This document shows, one piece after another, positions 54,877-64,000 of a stretch of DNA of 64,000 bases (its first letter is position 1; every line of letters begins with the position of its first letter). The notes beneath the pieces were generated by a model. It did no database searches, was not told the origin of the DNA, and saw only the letters and a program-made list of their open reading frames with translations. Source of the DNA: a virus; the IMG/VR virus record IMGVR_UViG_3300032245_001163. One strand, 5' to 3'. Position numbers and translations under genes: made by a program.

Positions 54877-56013
54877 TTACCAGGCTTTTAGGATGACCAG
54901 GTTCTCAGTTCCGCGTCCGTTGAACGGGGTTTCTGTTGTAGTAAGGTCTTTGTAGATCTTACGTGCTGCCGGCTTGCCTGCGGCTTGCACTGCTCGGACA
55001 ACATCTGCTGGCTTGCGCACAGTTTTCTGCATGGTCTCAATGGTGCTGAAACCAATGATGCTGTTGCTTTTCACAGTGAATGCCTGTGTGTGGCTGTCAG
55101 CAACAAGGTGGATCAACTTGCGCTTTTTGGTGTCATACAACCAGGCTTCGGCTTTGTCCACAAGACTTGCGGCTGGCAAACCTTTGAGTTTGAGTTCAGC
55201 AAATTCCATTAACACCTTGAACTTGGCCGCACGTTTCTCAGGTGGCACTGACTTGACCTTGCGTGGTTTGCGTTCAACCTTCTTGATCTGCACATACGCA
55301 CCGCAGTCATTGATCACTGCTTCGCAAAACTTCACAATGTTGCGCATTTGAATCTTGGAGAAGTTGCTGTAGCCTTCTGCCAGTTGTGCATCCTTGCCCT
55401 CTATGGCAGTTTCAAACTCTGCAAGTTTGTGCTTCCACAAGTTGGCAATGTCTGAAATCATCTGCGGAGCCACGTTCATGCCACGGATCACTGTAATGGG
55501 TTTGTAGTCCGCACTCATCTTGGCACCGTTCACAACAAACTCATCAAACATGCCGTCCAATTCACCTGCACACTCCGATACCTTTTCACGGAGTCGATCT
55601 TGAATGTTGGGCTTGGCTGCCACAGGCACGGCTTCTACCACTGCCGCTTCGGGCTCACGTGCCTTTAATATTTCCTGGATATACCCTTCTAGCCGAACTG
55701 TTTCAGTGTCTGTGAGTTCCAGCCCCACCATGCTCATGCGGCACAACCATGCAGTGGTCAAGCGAACTGCTGAGTCTGGTACACCTTTCAGCGCACGAAC
55801 ATCTGCTTTGCGTCCGTGATGTTCCAAGTATGCTACCAGCATTTCGCGGGCATCCTTTTTGCCATAAAAGTAATTGTACCATGAAAAGGCAGCACTGAGT
55901 TGGCTGGTGCGATCATCTGTGGGTTGCACACGCCATGTGGGCTCCAGTCCTGTGTATTTGGTATCAGGACTGCGAGGGTTCATTGGCTTGACAGCGGCTC
56001 GTGTTGCGTTCAT
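54877..56013 (-). CDS. early hypothetical protein
   Basis: 378 aa; GGAGCC RBS and early promoter; WLYDTKKRKL, KTVRKP, NGRG C-terminal domain. Confidence 0.75.
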   Translation of the reverse strand: MNATRAAVKPMNPRSPDTKYTGLEPTWRVQPTDDRTSQLSAAFSWYNYFYGKKDAREMLVAYLEHHGRKADVRALKGVPDSAVRLTTAWLCRMSMVGLELTDTETVRLEGYIQEILKAREPEAAVVEAVPVAAKPNIQDRLREKVSECAGELDGMFDEFVVNGAKMSADYKPITVIRGMNVAPQMISDIANLWKHKLAEFETAIEGKDAQLAEGYSNFSKIQMRNIVKFCEAVINDCGAYVQIKKVERKPRKVKSVPPEKRAAKFKVLMEFAELKLKGLPAASLVDKAEAWLYDTKKRKLIHLVADSHTQAFTVKSNSIIGFSTIETMQKTVRKPADVVRAVQAAGKPAARKIYKDLTTTETPFNGRGTENLVILKAW

Positions 56014-56039
56014 ATGGGCTCCTGGTGAATTTATACGTA

Positions 56040-56068
56040 ATTATAGCAGAATTGGCTTTATTGGTCAA
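56040..56068 (-). promoter_or_regulatory. early sigma70-type promoter
   Basis: TTGACC-N17-TATAAT, same family as 11696, 11926 and 12220. Confidence 0.85.
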
Positions 56069-56094
56069 CCCCGGAAAAGGTAAACCCAAAGTAC

Positions 56095-56102
56095 TATAAA
56101 TA
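56095..56102 (+). promoter_or_regulatory. late promoter TATAAATA
   Basis: Exact consensus 4 nt before ATG 56107. Confidence 0.8.
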
Positions 56103-56106
56103 TAAC

Positions 56107-57447
56107 ATGCCACGCTTATCCCTATACCGCCCAAATAGAACCAGAGATTATCAATTTTTGGACCGCACCATCAGTGAAATGTACACTGTGGGCGGCTTGG
56201 ACATTTATGTTCACAAGTACAAAGGACCGCAAGCCGGCGGCAACGACAGTGCATTGAGTGGCAATTTTGATGCCACACAACCCACATATGACACAGTGGA
56301 TGTGCTGAACATTCAAGACTTGCTGTTGCTGGAAAACCGCGACAGAGTGTATGATCCTGATGTGTATGTCATGCGCGGTGTGTATAACACACAGGATGTA
56401 GATTTTGATTTGACACAGTTTGGACTATTCCTAAACAACGACACCATATTCATGACGTTTCACTACAATGACATGATTGACACATTTGGTCGCAAACTCA
56501 TGAACGGTGATGTGATTGAGATTCCCAACTTAAAAGACTATCATCCGCTGAACCAAAACATACCCAAGGCCCTGCCTAGATACTATGTGATACAAGATGC
56601 AGACTTTGCGTCAGAAGGTTTCAGTCAAACATGGTTGCCTCACTTGTGGCGTGTGAAATGCACACCCATGAAGGATCAGCAAGAGTTCAACCAAATTACC
56701 AACAAACCGTTTGTGCAAGAAAACATCTGGGATCCAGGCAACTTCTATCCCACTGGCACTGTTGTAAACTATGGCGACGTCTACTATCAAGCACAAACCA
56801 ATGTGCCCGCGGATACTCCTATTACAAACACTGCATTCTGGCAAGAGTATACACCAGCAACCATTAGTGATGTGCAAGGCACACGCGACAAAGATTACGA
56901 AATCAATGATGCAATTTTGGCACAAGCAGATGCAGAGGTACCACTCAGTGGTTATCAAAACGACATATTCTACATTGAGCCTACCACGCCCACAGGCGAG
57001 CCTGCCAACCCTGCAGGACTTACCACTGACAGTGGCACCACTGTGGATGGCACACAAGGTGGCATGGATACTACACCCACAGGGGAAGGATACACTGCTG
57101 GATATCTCACTGGCGGCGGTACCGCACCCAATGGCATGCCAGTTACACCTGCGGTACAATTCCCGCCTAATCCTGTTACAGGAGATTACGTGCTAAGATT
57201 GGATTACAAACCCAACAGATTGTTCCGCTACAATGGCAAAATGTGGGTTAAAATTGACACCAATGTTCGCACTGACCTCAACAATGGGCCTAATAATAAG
57301 ACCTTGCGTAGCAGTTTTGTAAATAACACAGGCACAGTAAACACCAAAGACTTGGGCAATATTCCAAGTCGCCAAAGTCTCAGCGAAATTCTTCGCCCAC
57401 GTGCAGACAATGGTGATCAAGGTGGCTTCTTACCGCCAGGAACATAA
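56107..57447 (+). CDS. neck/head-closure protein (gp14-like)
   Basis: DLLLLENRDR.Y, LTQFGLF, GDVIEIP; upstream of a gp15-like gene. Confidence 0.7.
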   Translation: MPRLSLYRPNRTRDYQFLDRTISEMYTVGGLDIYVHKYKGPQAGGNDSALSGNFDATQPTYDTVDVLNIQDLLLLENRDRVYDPDVYVMRGVYNTQDVDFDLTQFGLFLNNDTIFMTFHYNDMIDTFGRKLMNGDVIEIPNLKDYHPLNQNIPKALPRYYVIQDADFASEGFSQTWLPHLWRVKCTPMKDQQEFNQITNKPFVQENIWDPGNFYPTGTVVNYGDVYYQAQTNVPADTPITNTAFWQEYTPATISDVQGTRDKDYEINDAILAQADAEVPLSGYQNDIFYIEPTTPTGEPANPAGLTTDSGTTVDGTQGGMDTTPTGEGYTAGYLTGGGTAPNGMPVTPAVQFPPNPVTGDYVLRLDYKPNRLFRYNGKMWVKIDTNVRTDLNNGPNNKTLRSSFVNNTGTVNTKDLGNIPSRQSLSEILRPRADNGDQGGFLPPGT

Positions 57448-58850
57448 TGCAACAATTCTTTTACGACGAACAGATACGCAGGTTCTTACTGCAATTCACC
57501 AGAATCTTTTCAGGATTCCAAATAGAGTACGCCAACGAAAACGACGGAGTAAATGCTGCCGCACTGATTCGTGTTCCTGTGCGGTATGGCGATGCCACAC
57601 GCAATGCTCAAACCATCTTGCAAGAAAACAGTCGCAACAGTTTGCCTAGTACTCCGTTGATGACATTTTATATCACTGGCCTGGACTACGAACAAAGCCG
57701 CATGCAAGATCCTTACTTTGTAAGCAAGATCAATGTGCGTCAACGCACCTATGACACAGTAACAGAAAGTTATGAAACCACACAAGGCAGTGCGTTTACC
57801 ATTGAACGCTTGATGCCTGTGCCGTACAAACTCACTATCAACTTGGACATATGGACATCAAACACCAATCAGAAGTTGCAGATTTTAGAACAAATTCTCA
57901 CACTATTCAATCCCAGTTTAGAAATTCAAAGCACAGACAACTTCATTGACTGGACCAGTTTGAGTGTGATGTATTTGGATCGCACAGTATGGAGCAGTCG
58001 TACAGTGCCCATTGGAACAGAAAATCCCATTGACATTGCCACGTTGACATTTAGTATGCCAATTTGGATATCTCCACCTGCCAAAGTGTTAAAACTGGGT
58101 GTGATTGAACGTGTGATTGCATCAATGTATGATGCACAAGGCGACTTGAACGATGCTGTAACCAACAGCGATTTGCTGATGGGCACTAGACAAGTAATTA
58201 CACCATTTAACTATGCCGCAGTGTTGATTGGCAACAAACTACAATGTCTGCAACAAAAATATCTTGCTGAAGAGCCCGGCAACGACAGTTTGACTCCGAC
58301 TGAAATTGTGCCTGATTCCAATTTGTTGTGGCCAGCAGTGATTGATTTGTATGGTACTTTGCGCCCCGGAGTGAGTCAAATACGATTGATACAGCCTGAC
58401 GAAACAGAAATTGTAGGTACCATTGCACTAGATCCCAACGATGACAGATTTTTGTTGTTTGATGTGGACATTGATACCACACCACAAAACACACTAGCGC
58501 CTATTGATGCTGTTATCAATCCATTGACTTCTGGTCCACAAGATGGGCTAGACAGTGCCATCGATGGACAACGTTATTTGCTCACAGAAGACACAGGATC
58601 TTTAAACAATCCCAATCCAGCATCTGCTTGGGTAGGTGCCAATGGTCGCGGGCTAGTAGCACAGGCCAACGACATTATTCAATACAGCAACAACTACTGG
58701 CGTGTAGTGTTCCGTGCTGCCACAGAAAACAACACCACACAATATGTTACCAATCTTACCACAGGTATCCAATACCGTTGGATTGGCGATGCTTGGGTCA
58801 AGAGTTATCAAGGTGCATACCCAGGAGGCACCTGGAGGATTGTGTTGTGA
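57447..58850 (+). CDS. tail sheath stabilizer/terminator (gp15-like)
   Basis: FFYDEQIRR, VPVRYG, PVPY.L...L.IW, QILEQILTLFNP. Confidence 0.8.
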   Translation: MQQFFYDEQIRRFLLQFTRIFSGFQIEYANENDGVNAAALIRVPVRYGDATRNAQTILQENSRNSLPSTPLMTFYITGLDYEQSRMQDPYFVSKINVRQRTYDTVTESYETTQGSAFTIERLMPVPYKLTINLDIWTSNTNQKLQILEQILTLFNPSLEIQSTDNFIDWTSLSVMYLDRTVWSSRTVPIGTENPIDIATLTFSMPIWISPPAKVLKLGVIERVIASMYDAQGDLNDAVTNSDLLMGTRQVITPFNYAAVLIGNKLQCLQQKYLAEEPGNDSLTPTEIVPDSNLLWPAVIDLYGTLRPGVSQIRLIQPDETEIVGTIALDPNDDRFLLFDVDIDTTPQNTLAPIDAVINPLTSGPQDGLDSAIDGQRYLLTEDTGSLNNPNPASAWVGANGRGLVAQANDIIQYSNNYWRVVFRAATENNTTQYVTNLTTGIQYRWIGDAWVKSYQGAYPGGTWRIVL

Positions 58851-59272
58851 AGGCAGTGGGAGTTTGGTTTCGTAGCAGTGCTACGGGACGTTATCTATAT
58901 CTATTACGTAACGACACGCGACATCCTGGCTCATGGGGACTGCCCGGTGGCAAAGTAGAATCTGGCGAGACTTTGTTGGGTGCCATGGAACGTGAGTGCA
59001 TTGAAGAGCTAGGATCAATGCCTGAATATCAACGACTTGTTCCCTTGGAAAAATTCACATCATCTGATGGACAATTTGAATACAACACCTGGGTGTGTGT
59101 TGTAGCAGATGACTTTGTACCTGTGCTCAATGAAGAACACATGGGCTATGCTTGGATTGATCGTGGTCAATGGCCTAGGCCCATGCATCCTGGCTTGTGG
59201 TCGACTGTGAACATCGAAGCAGTGCAAAGCAAGATAGACACTGTAGAGCGTTATCTTGCTGGCAGTTCTTAA
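58847..59272 (+). CDS. NUDIX hydrolase
   Basis: Nudix box GGKVESGETLLGAMERECIEELG; GTGA-coupled start. Confidence 0.9.
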   Translation: MKAVGVWFRSSATGRYLYLLRNDTRHPGSWGLPGGKVESGETLLGAMERECIEELGSMPEYQRLVPLEKFTSSDGQFEYNTWVCVVADDFVPVLNEEHMGYAWIDRGQWPRPMHPGLWSTVNIEAVQSKIDTVERYLAGSS

Positions 59273-62200
59273 GCCTGGCTTTCCTGGAAACTCAATTGAA
59301 TTTCACCAACTGGTGCTGATTGTGTGCTCAGTGCAGTAATCACCACGGCCAACACTTCTGGTCCATTGGGATAGGTCCCTGTACCCGGAATTGAACTTTG
59401 TCCAATCTGTTTGATCTGTGTTAGATCCAAATTGTTAACACCGGTGGCCTGAATTGGTATGGCAAACAAGCGTTCGCCACCAGTAACGTCTGCTGATACC
59501 GCAGCCACTGTCAGATTCAAGTCATTGGCTGGTGTTGCCCCGCCCAAACTAGTACCAAGAATTTTCACAGTGTCGCCCACAGCATATCCTGATCCAGGAT
59601 TTTGTACCGAAACAGCAGTAGTAGTAGTGGAATACACTGTTTTCAATGCTTGCAACGTGATAGTTACGTTGGCGCCTGACCCAGAACTTGACACGTTGGT
59701 CAGTCCCAAGCCTGAATAAGTTCTAATAGCGCCAGCACTGGTCATAACACCCGAACGCTGGAAACCGCCCACAGTGTTCAATGGCGCGGCTTGGACACCA
59801 CCTGTGGATTCGTTTGAGTAACGCGGAGCCACAGCAAACTGTGTAAAACTGGGTTGGAAACCACCACCAGCATTGTTCAAGCCAGCCCAAGCAGTATTGG
59901 CTGAGTCAATGTTGTTGGGATTCAAAATACCTGTAACCAAGTATCGTCCTGCACTTACGTTCACAGTGAGCGTTTCCAGAGTCAACTGCGCACGATTAAT
60001 CAAGTCACGTTGACCCAAGTCGCCAATCACACTGTTTGAAACACTAGGAGCCAAGCGCATCAAGAACGCAGTTTGGCTGGCACCAGTTGTGGCTGGCAAA
60101 CCATAGTTGCTGCGATTGTATGTGAATGAGAAGCCCTCATCACCGTTGAAGTTACCGTCCATGATAACCGCACTACCCCAGTGACTAACCAAGGGCACAC
60201 AAGTGTTTGAGATCAATATCACACCTGCATTGTCTGCATGAGCAGTGGCTGCACTGCTGGTATAACTGCGGCTTTGTCCTTCGGCCCACTGTGTGAATGT
60301 TGCAGCACGGGTGCAACCAGTTAGATCGTTGCCATTCTTGCCTGAATACTTGATGACCTCACTGTCAATCATCACATACGAAGGATATGTCACTGAAGCC
60401 GGAGGATAGTCTGTAGCATCTCTCAGTGTGATTGTGGTTTGACTGTCTGTAATAGCACCGTTCAATGAGTTCACTGGAGTTTCGTTTATAGCTTCATAAC
60501 GTGCAGGCAAATTACCTGAACGCATGTAGGCTTCATTACTGATGTTGTTGTTGGGACGTCTGTGTGCCCAGTTGAACTTGCCATCTTGTCCACGCAACAT
60601 CCAGATAACTGTACCAGCACCGTACCAGGAATATTCCAACGCATACATCTGCATTTTGCTGGCATCAAGATTGAAGCCTGATGCGCCTGTGCCGTCAAGT
60701 GGATCAATGTTGAAGTCTGCTTGGCGCACACGAATTTCATTGCGCAAGGCCATTTTGACCCGAGTTTGATTGGCCACACCACGGAATGTGGGCACCACGG
60801 TCATTCTGTTGTTGTTGGTGATTGACGCCACACTGTGTGTCATACCTCGGATCACCACAACGTCGCCCACATTCAATTGGTCTTGGAAGCGGCAAGTACC
60901 GTCACCGGTCACAAGGTTGGAGCCAACGCTGACGTTGACCAAGCCTGCTGTTTGGAATGTGCTGGTACGTTGTACTGCATTTACACTAACTCCATTGTTT
61001 TCCCAGAACAAGCCATTTTGATCGTCGAACAGGCCTGCACGAATACATGACCCGCTCCAGCCAGTGACATTGATACGAGGTTGTTGCCCTAATACAGGAG
61101 TAGCACTGCCTAGTACATTTTGCGCCTGTACCACAAATGCAGTATCGCTGGTGATACTTGTGACCACATATCCAGTGTCATCATAGCCTGACGTGGTAAT
61201 ACCACTCAATGCAATAGTAGCACCAGCATTGAGCCCGTGTTCAAGGTCTGTGGTGATTGTGATATTGCTGTTGATAGCAGTGCCACTGGATGTGACTGAG
61301 GACACATCTAATGTGGGTGCCAACACAGTACCTGTGCTGAATAAGATGCCTTTACCAGATTGGTAGCGGAAGTATTTTTTGGTCACACGAGTTGCACTTG
61401 CTCCACGTGTGGGAGTACCTGGTCCCATGAGTACACCACCATCAAACGGTCTTGATTGGAAAACAGCATTGCTTCGCACGTTGACCGTGGCTGCTAGACT
61501 GCCGCTCACAACAGCACCTGCTCTAGCAGTGAACTGGAATGTGGTTGTACTGGGAATGGCGTTTACAATAAACGATCCTTCAGCATAACTGGCATTAGTG
61601 CCTGAGGTCATGTCCACAGTGATCGGGCATCCAGGAAATAGTCCGTGTGCATACTGTGTGGTTATAGTGATGATACTGGGATTGCCGCCATCGCTGGCCA
61701 CGCTCACAACATCAAGGTCGGCACCCGAGTAAGGAAATGCTTGACGCACAGCAGTGTCAGTTTGGTTGATTGGATATCCTGCAGCCACATTAAGAGCGCG
61801 GCGTGGATAGTAAGCAAAGTTGTTGGTTTCGCCCAAGAACACAATGTTGATACCTTCAGCATTGGTTGCTGAAGTATTTTGTAAACTCACGTATTCGTTG
61901 GCATCCAGCGGGGTATCTGTAACGTTGACTGTGACTGTGGGAATGACGTTTGAACCACCATAAAATAAGCCAGTCATGCGAATTAAGGGTGATCCAATGC
62001 CTGCAGTTGTGAGTGCTGTGGTATTGAACTGTGTGCGGCTGATGGTTTGTGTGCCGTTGACTGCGGTACTGGCTGTGGTCATTTTGACCAGTTCCACGTT
62101 GCTGCTCAACTTTTGGAACACGGTACCAGTGGGGAATGTATTGGCTGCTGGAATGTTGTACCAACCACGATTGAGTTGTAGTGTTGTGCCGTCAGTGACT

Positions 62201-63225
62201 TCTTGTACTTGTGCAATTTCAATAGTGCTGGCAACAAATATATTAGCACCAATGTTGATGTTTGCAGCACTGGGATTGGTACCATTGCTTTGACGCACCA
62301 CAGTGAGTGCATTGGTTGACACTGAAGTTACTGCCATGACTTCATAAACGTTGGCCGTAGCAGTTTGAGCAATAACATAAGTACCAGCTACAATACCAGC
62401 GCCTGCTGCTGATGTTACATTGACTGTGGTAGTAGCATTACTGGTAATATTTGCCACTGCAACGGTGGTTCCGCCTGTGGTAGGCAACCCAATCAACATA
62501 ATATTGTCCAGCGCAGATAGACCTGTGGTTGATGCCACTGTAAATGTGCGTTCTGCTGAACTGTTGACGTTGGCAGTGAGATAACTTGACACAAATGGTG
62601 TGACGTTGCCTTGTGTTTGGCTGATCAATAATGCATAATCGTCATTAATAAACGGTGGTGTACCAGCATCTGCGGTGTTGATTGACGTGTCAACGTTGCT
62701 GGTCAGCAAGTTAGTACTACTCAACAATGTGGCATAGCCGTTGGTGTTGTAAACCAAGTCAGCACCAACATCTTCATAGAAACTAGGAATGTTGTTGATG
62801 GTTGATACGTTTTGCCATTTGGTATTTTGCAAGCCATATTCAAAGTCGGCGTCAATCAATGATTCTGGGTTGCTGGTTCTTGCACGACCGATAGCATCTA
62901 ATCCAAACTCCCATGGTTGTGTGCTGATGTTGCGATCTTCCACATAGATGGCCAGTTTGTCATTGGCGCTCAATGTGGATGTGTCCAGGTCCAGGTTCAG
63001 TGTGGTTACCCCTGCATAAGCGTTGGGCAATCCAGGGATGGTACCTGTGCTAAAACTCACTGTGCCACCTTGTGTGGGTGCTCCAAAGTTGTAGATTGAC
63101 GTATTGGTTGTGGTATCGTATATGGCCAAAAAGTCCTCCAGGTTGATACGATCCTGGACTTGTACAGTACCTAGACCTGCTGTGCCTGGTGTGAATACGT
63201 ACTCGTATATTCTTTTTCTTGCCAT
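59269..63225 (-). CDS. large virion structural protein (tail fibre/baseplate)
   Basis: 1318 aa, Thr/Gly/Asn/Ser-rich; DADFEYGLQ, YFRYQSGKG, YSWYGAG, VQNPGSGY. Confidence 0.75.
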   Translation of the reverse strand: MARKRIYEYVFTPGTAGLGTVQVQDRINLEDFLAIYDTTTNTSIYNFGAPTQGGTVSFSTGTIPGLPNAYAGVTTLNLDLDTSTLSANDKLAIYVEDRNISTQPWEFGLDAIGRARTSNPESLIDADFEYGLQNTKWQNVSTINNIPSFYEDVGADLVYNTNGYATLLSSTNLLTSNVDTSINTADAGTPPFINDDYALLISQTQGNVTPFVSSYLTANVNSSAERTFTVASTTGLSALDNIMLIGLPTTGGTTVAVANITSNATTTVNVTSAAGAGIVAGTYVIAQTATANVYEVMAVTSVSTNALTVVRQSNGTNPSAANINIGANIFVASTIEIAQVQEVTDGTTLQLNRGWYNIPAANTFPTGTVFQKLSSNVELVKMTTASTAVNGTQTISRTQFNTTALTTAGIGSPLIRMTGLFYGGSNVIPTVTVNVTDTPLDANEYVSLQNTSATNAEGINIVFLGETNNFAYYPRRALNVAAGYPINQTDTAVRQAFPYSGADLDVVSVASDGGNPSIITITTQYAHGLFPGCPITVDMTSGTNASYAEGSFIVNAIPSTTTFQFTARAGAVVSGSLAATVNVRSNAVFQSRPFDGGVLMGPGTPTRGASATRVTKKYFRYQSGKGILFSTGTVLAPTLDVSSVTSSGTAINSNITITTDLEHGLNAGATIALSGITTSGYDDTGYVVTSITSDTAFVVQAQNVLGSATPVLGQQPRINVTGWSGSCIRAGLFDDQNGLFWENNGVSVNAVQRTSTFQTAGLVNVSVGSNLVTGDGTCRFQDQLNVGDVVVIRGMTHSVASITNNNRMTVVPTFRGVANQTRVKMALRNEIRVRQADFNIDPLDGTGASGFNLDASKMQMYALEYSWYGAGTVIWMLRGQDGKFNWAHRRPNNNISNEAYMRSGNLPARYEAINETPVNSLNGAITDSQTTITLRDATDYPPASVTYPSYVMIDSEVIKYSGKNGNDLTGCTRAATFTQWAEGQSRSYTSSAATAHADNAGVILISNTCVPLVSHWGSAVIMDGNFNGDEGFSFTYNRSNYGLPATTGASQTAFLMRLAPSVSNSVIGDLGQRDLINRAQLTLETLTVNVSAGRYLVTGILNPNNIDSANTAWAGLNNAGGGFQPSFTQFAVAPRYSNESTGGVQAAPLNTVGGFQRSGVMTSAGAIRTYSGLGLTNVSSSGSGANVTITLQALKTVYSTTTTAVSVQNPGSGYAVGDTVKILGTSLGGATPANDLNLTVAAVSADVTGGERLFAIPIQATGVNNLDLTQIKQIGQSSIPGTGTYPNGPEVLAVVITALSTQSAPVGEIQLSFQESQA

Positions 63226-63228
63226 TTC

Positions 63229-63621
63229 TTAAACTCCAAATATGATTTGATTTGCTGTCAACGTTGCTTGAGTGTTGACACTGAACCGGTCGTAATTAAT
63301 TGTACCCGGTGCGATTTTGCTGTTGGTAACAGTGGCATCGCTGGGTGTGCCTGTATATAGCGTGTCTCCAAACAGCAAGCCAAAGAATGGAGTCAGTGCT
63401 GCTGGAGGTGTTGCAAAACTGATCTGTGATCCTGATATGGAAAAGTTAACCCCAGGATTTAATATCACATTGTTCAAACTCACCATCATGGCATAAGCAG
63501 TAGGTGGATTAAATGGCACACCACTGATATTAATGTCAAAGGTCTGTTGGGTGCCATCAAACACCAGGTTGTCCATCTTACGATATTGACCAATCTGCGG
63601 AGTATTACCTAGGTATGCCAT
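63229..63621 (-). CDS. small virion structural protein
   Basis: MAYLGNTP, FDG, ISFATPP; lies between fibre genes. Confidence 0.7.
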   Translation of the reverse strand: MAYLGNTPQIGQYRKMDNLVFDGTQQTFDINISGVPFNPPTAYAMMVSLNNVILNPGVNFSISGSQISFATPPAALTPFFGLLFGDTLYTGTPSDATVTNSKIAPGTINYDRFSVNTQATLTANQIIFGV

Positions 63622-63630
63622 ATGTTATCC

Positions 63631-64000
63631 TTACATTCTTCCAACAACAATTTCAATCACGCCTTGACCACCTGGGTGATCTTGCAAGGCTTTGCCAATC
63701 ACCGATCCCATTTTGGGTTCCGCACAGGCCATTGCTCTACCACCGCCACCGGTGATCATCATATCGCCTTTTTTCACTGTGCCAACTACTAGTGTGGGCA
63801 CACGGCCGGTCAATGCCACGGCTGCTGTGTGAGCTGCTTCAAGTCCGGCATTCATAATGTGTGCAGGATTGGTTGACACTACCCCTGCTACACGAGTATC
63901 GCCAATACGAATGGCTTGAGTAACTTCTCGATCGCCACCAAATATCAACACAGTACCTGGTGCATAATCAGCATCTGCTTCGTACCATTCTGCCAAGTCG
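63631..64000 (-). CDS. 3' end of a tail fibre protein with intramolecular-chaperone-like C-terminal domain (partial)
   Basis: DLAEWY...GVVSTNPA...ALTGRVP...VKKGD...IGKAL; frame open to the window edge. Confidence 0.75.
   Translation of the reverse strand, partial: DLAEWYEADADYAPGTVLIFGGDREVTQAIRIGDTRVAGVVSTNPAHIMNAGLEAAHTAAVALTGRVPTLVVGTVKKGDMMITGGGGRAMACAEPKMGSVIGKALQDHPGGQGVIEIVVGRM

Noticed and set aside
1-64000. Stop-codon reassignment, tRNA genes, RiPP precursor peptides
   Set aside because: Core genes are intact in the standard code. Intergenic gaps are short with no cloverleaf seen by eye (tRNAscan not run). No clear precursor, RRE or transporter lies next to the rSAM genes.

Overview
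A 64 kb segment of a large T4-like (myovirus, probably jumbo) phage genome in the standard genetic code, mostly on the minus strand. It carries replication and recombination genes (start of a gp41/DnaB-like helicase, gp61 primase, gp62-like clamp loader subunit, UvsW, UvsX, UvsY, gp32 SSB, a 189-aa mini DnaE-like protein, dNMP kinase, DEDD exonuclease) and morphogenesis genes (terminase subunits, gp4, neck gp13/gp14, gp15, tail tube, 1111-aa sheath, fibre proteins, two ~950-aa putative head polyproteins). Interleaved with this core is a large tailoring-enzyme repertoire: seven radical SAM genes (six with an N-terminal twitch-like Cys cluster, one apparently split), a ~9 kb glycosyltransferase/methyltransferase/cytidylyltransferase cluster at late-type promoters, an SDR, a sulfotransferase-like protein, a 2OG-Fe(II) oxygenase and SGNH-like proteins. 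I infer this may build a virion or surface glycan. The most novel-looking signal is regulatory. Early genes share a TTGACC-N17-TATAAT promoter and a GGAGCC ribosome-binding site, and the 3' end of the early transcript folds into a GC hairpin whose loop is complementary to that RBS. Meanwhile several replication genes and many late genes look leaderless. No tRNA, rRNA, CRISPR array, intron or intein was recognised. All product calls come from motif recognition, not database searches.
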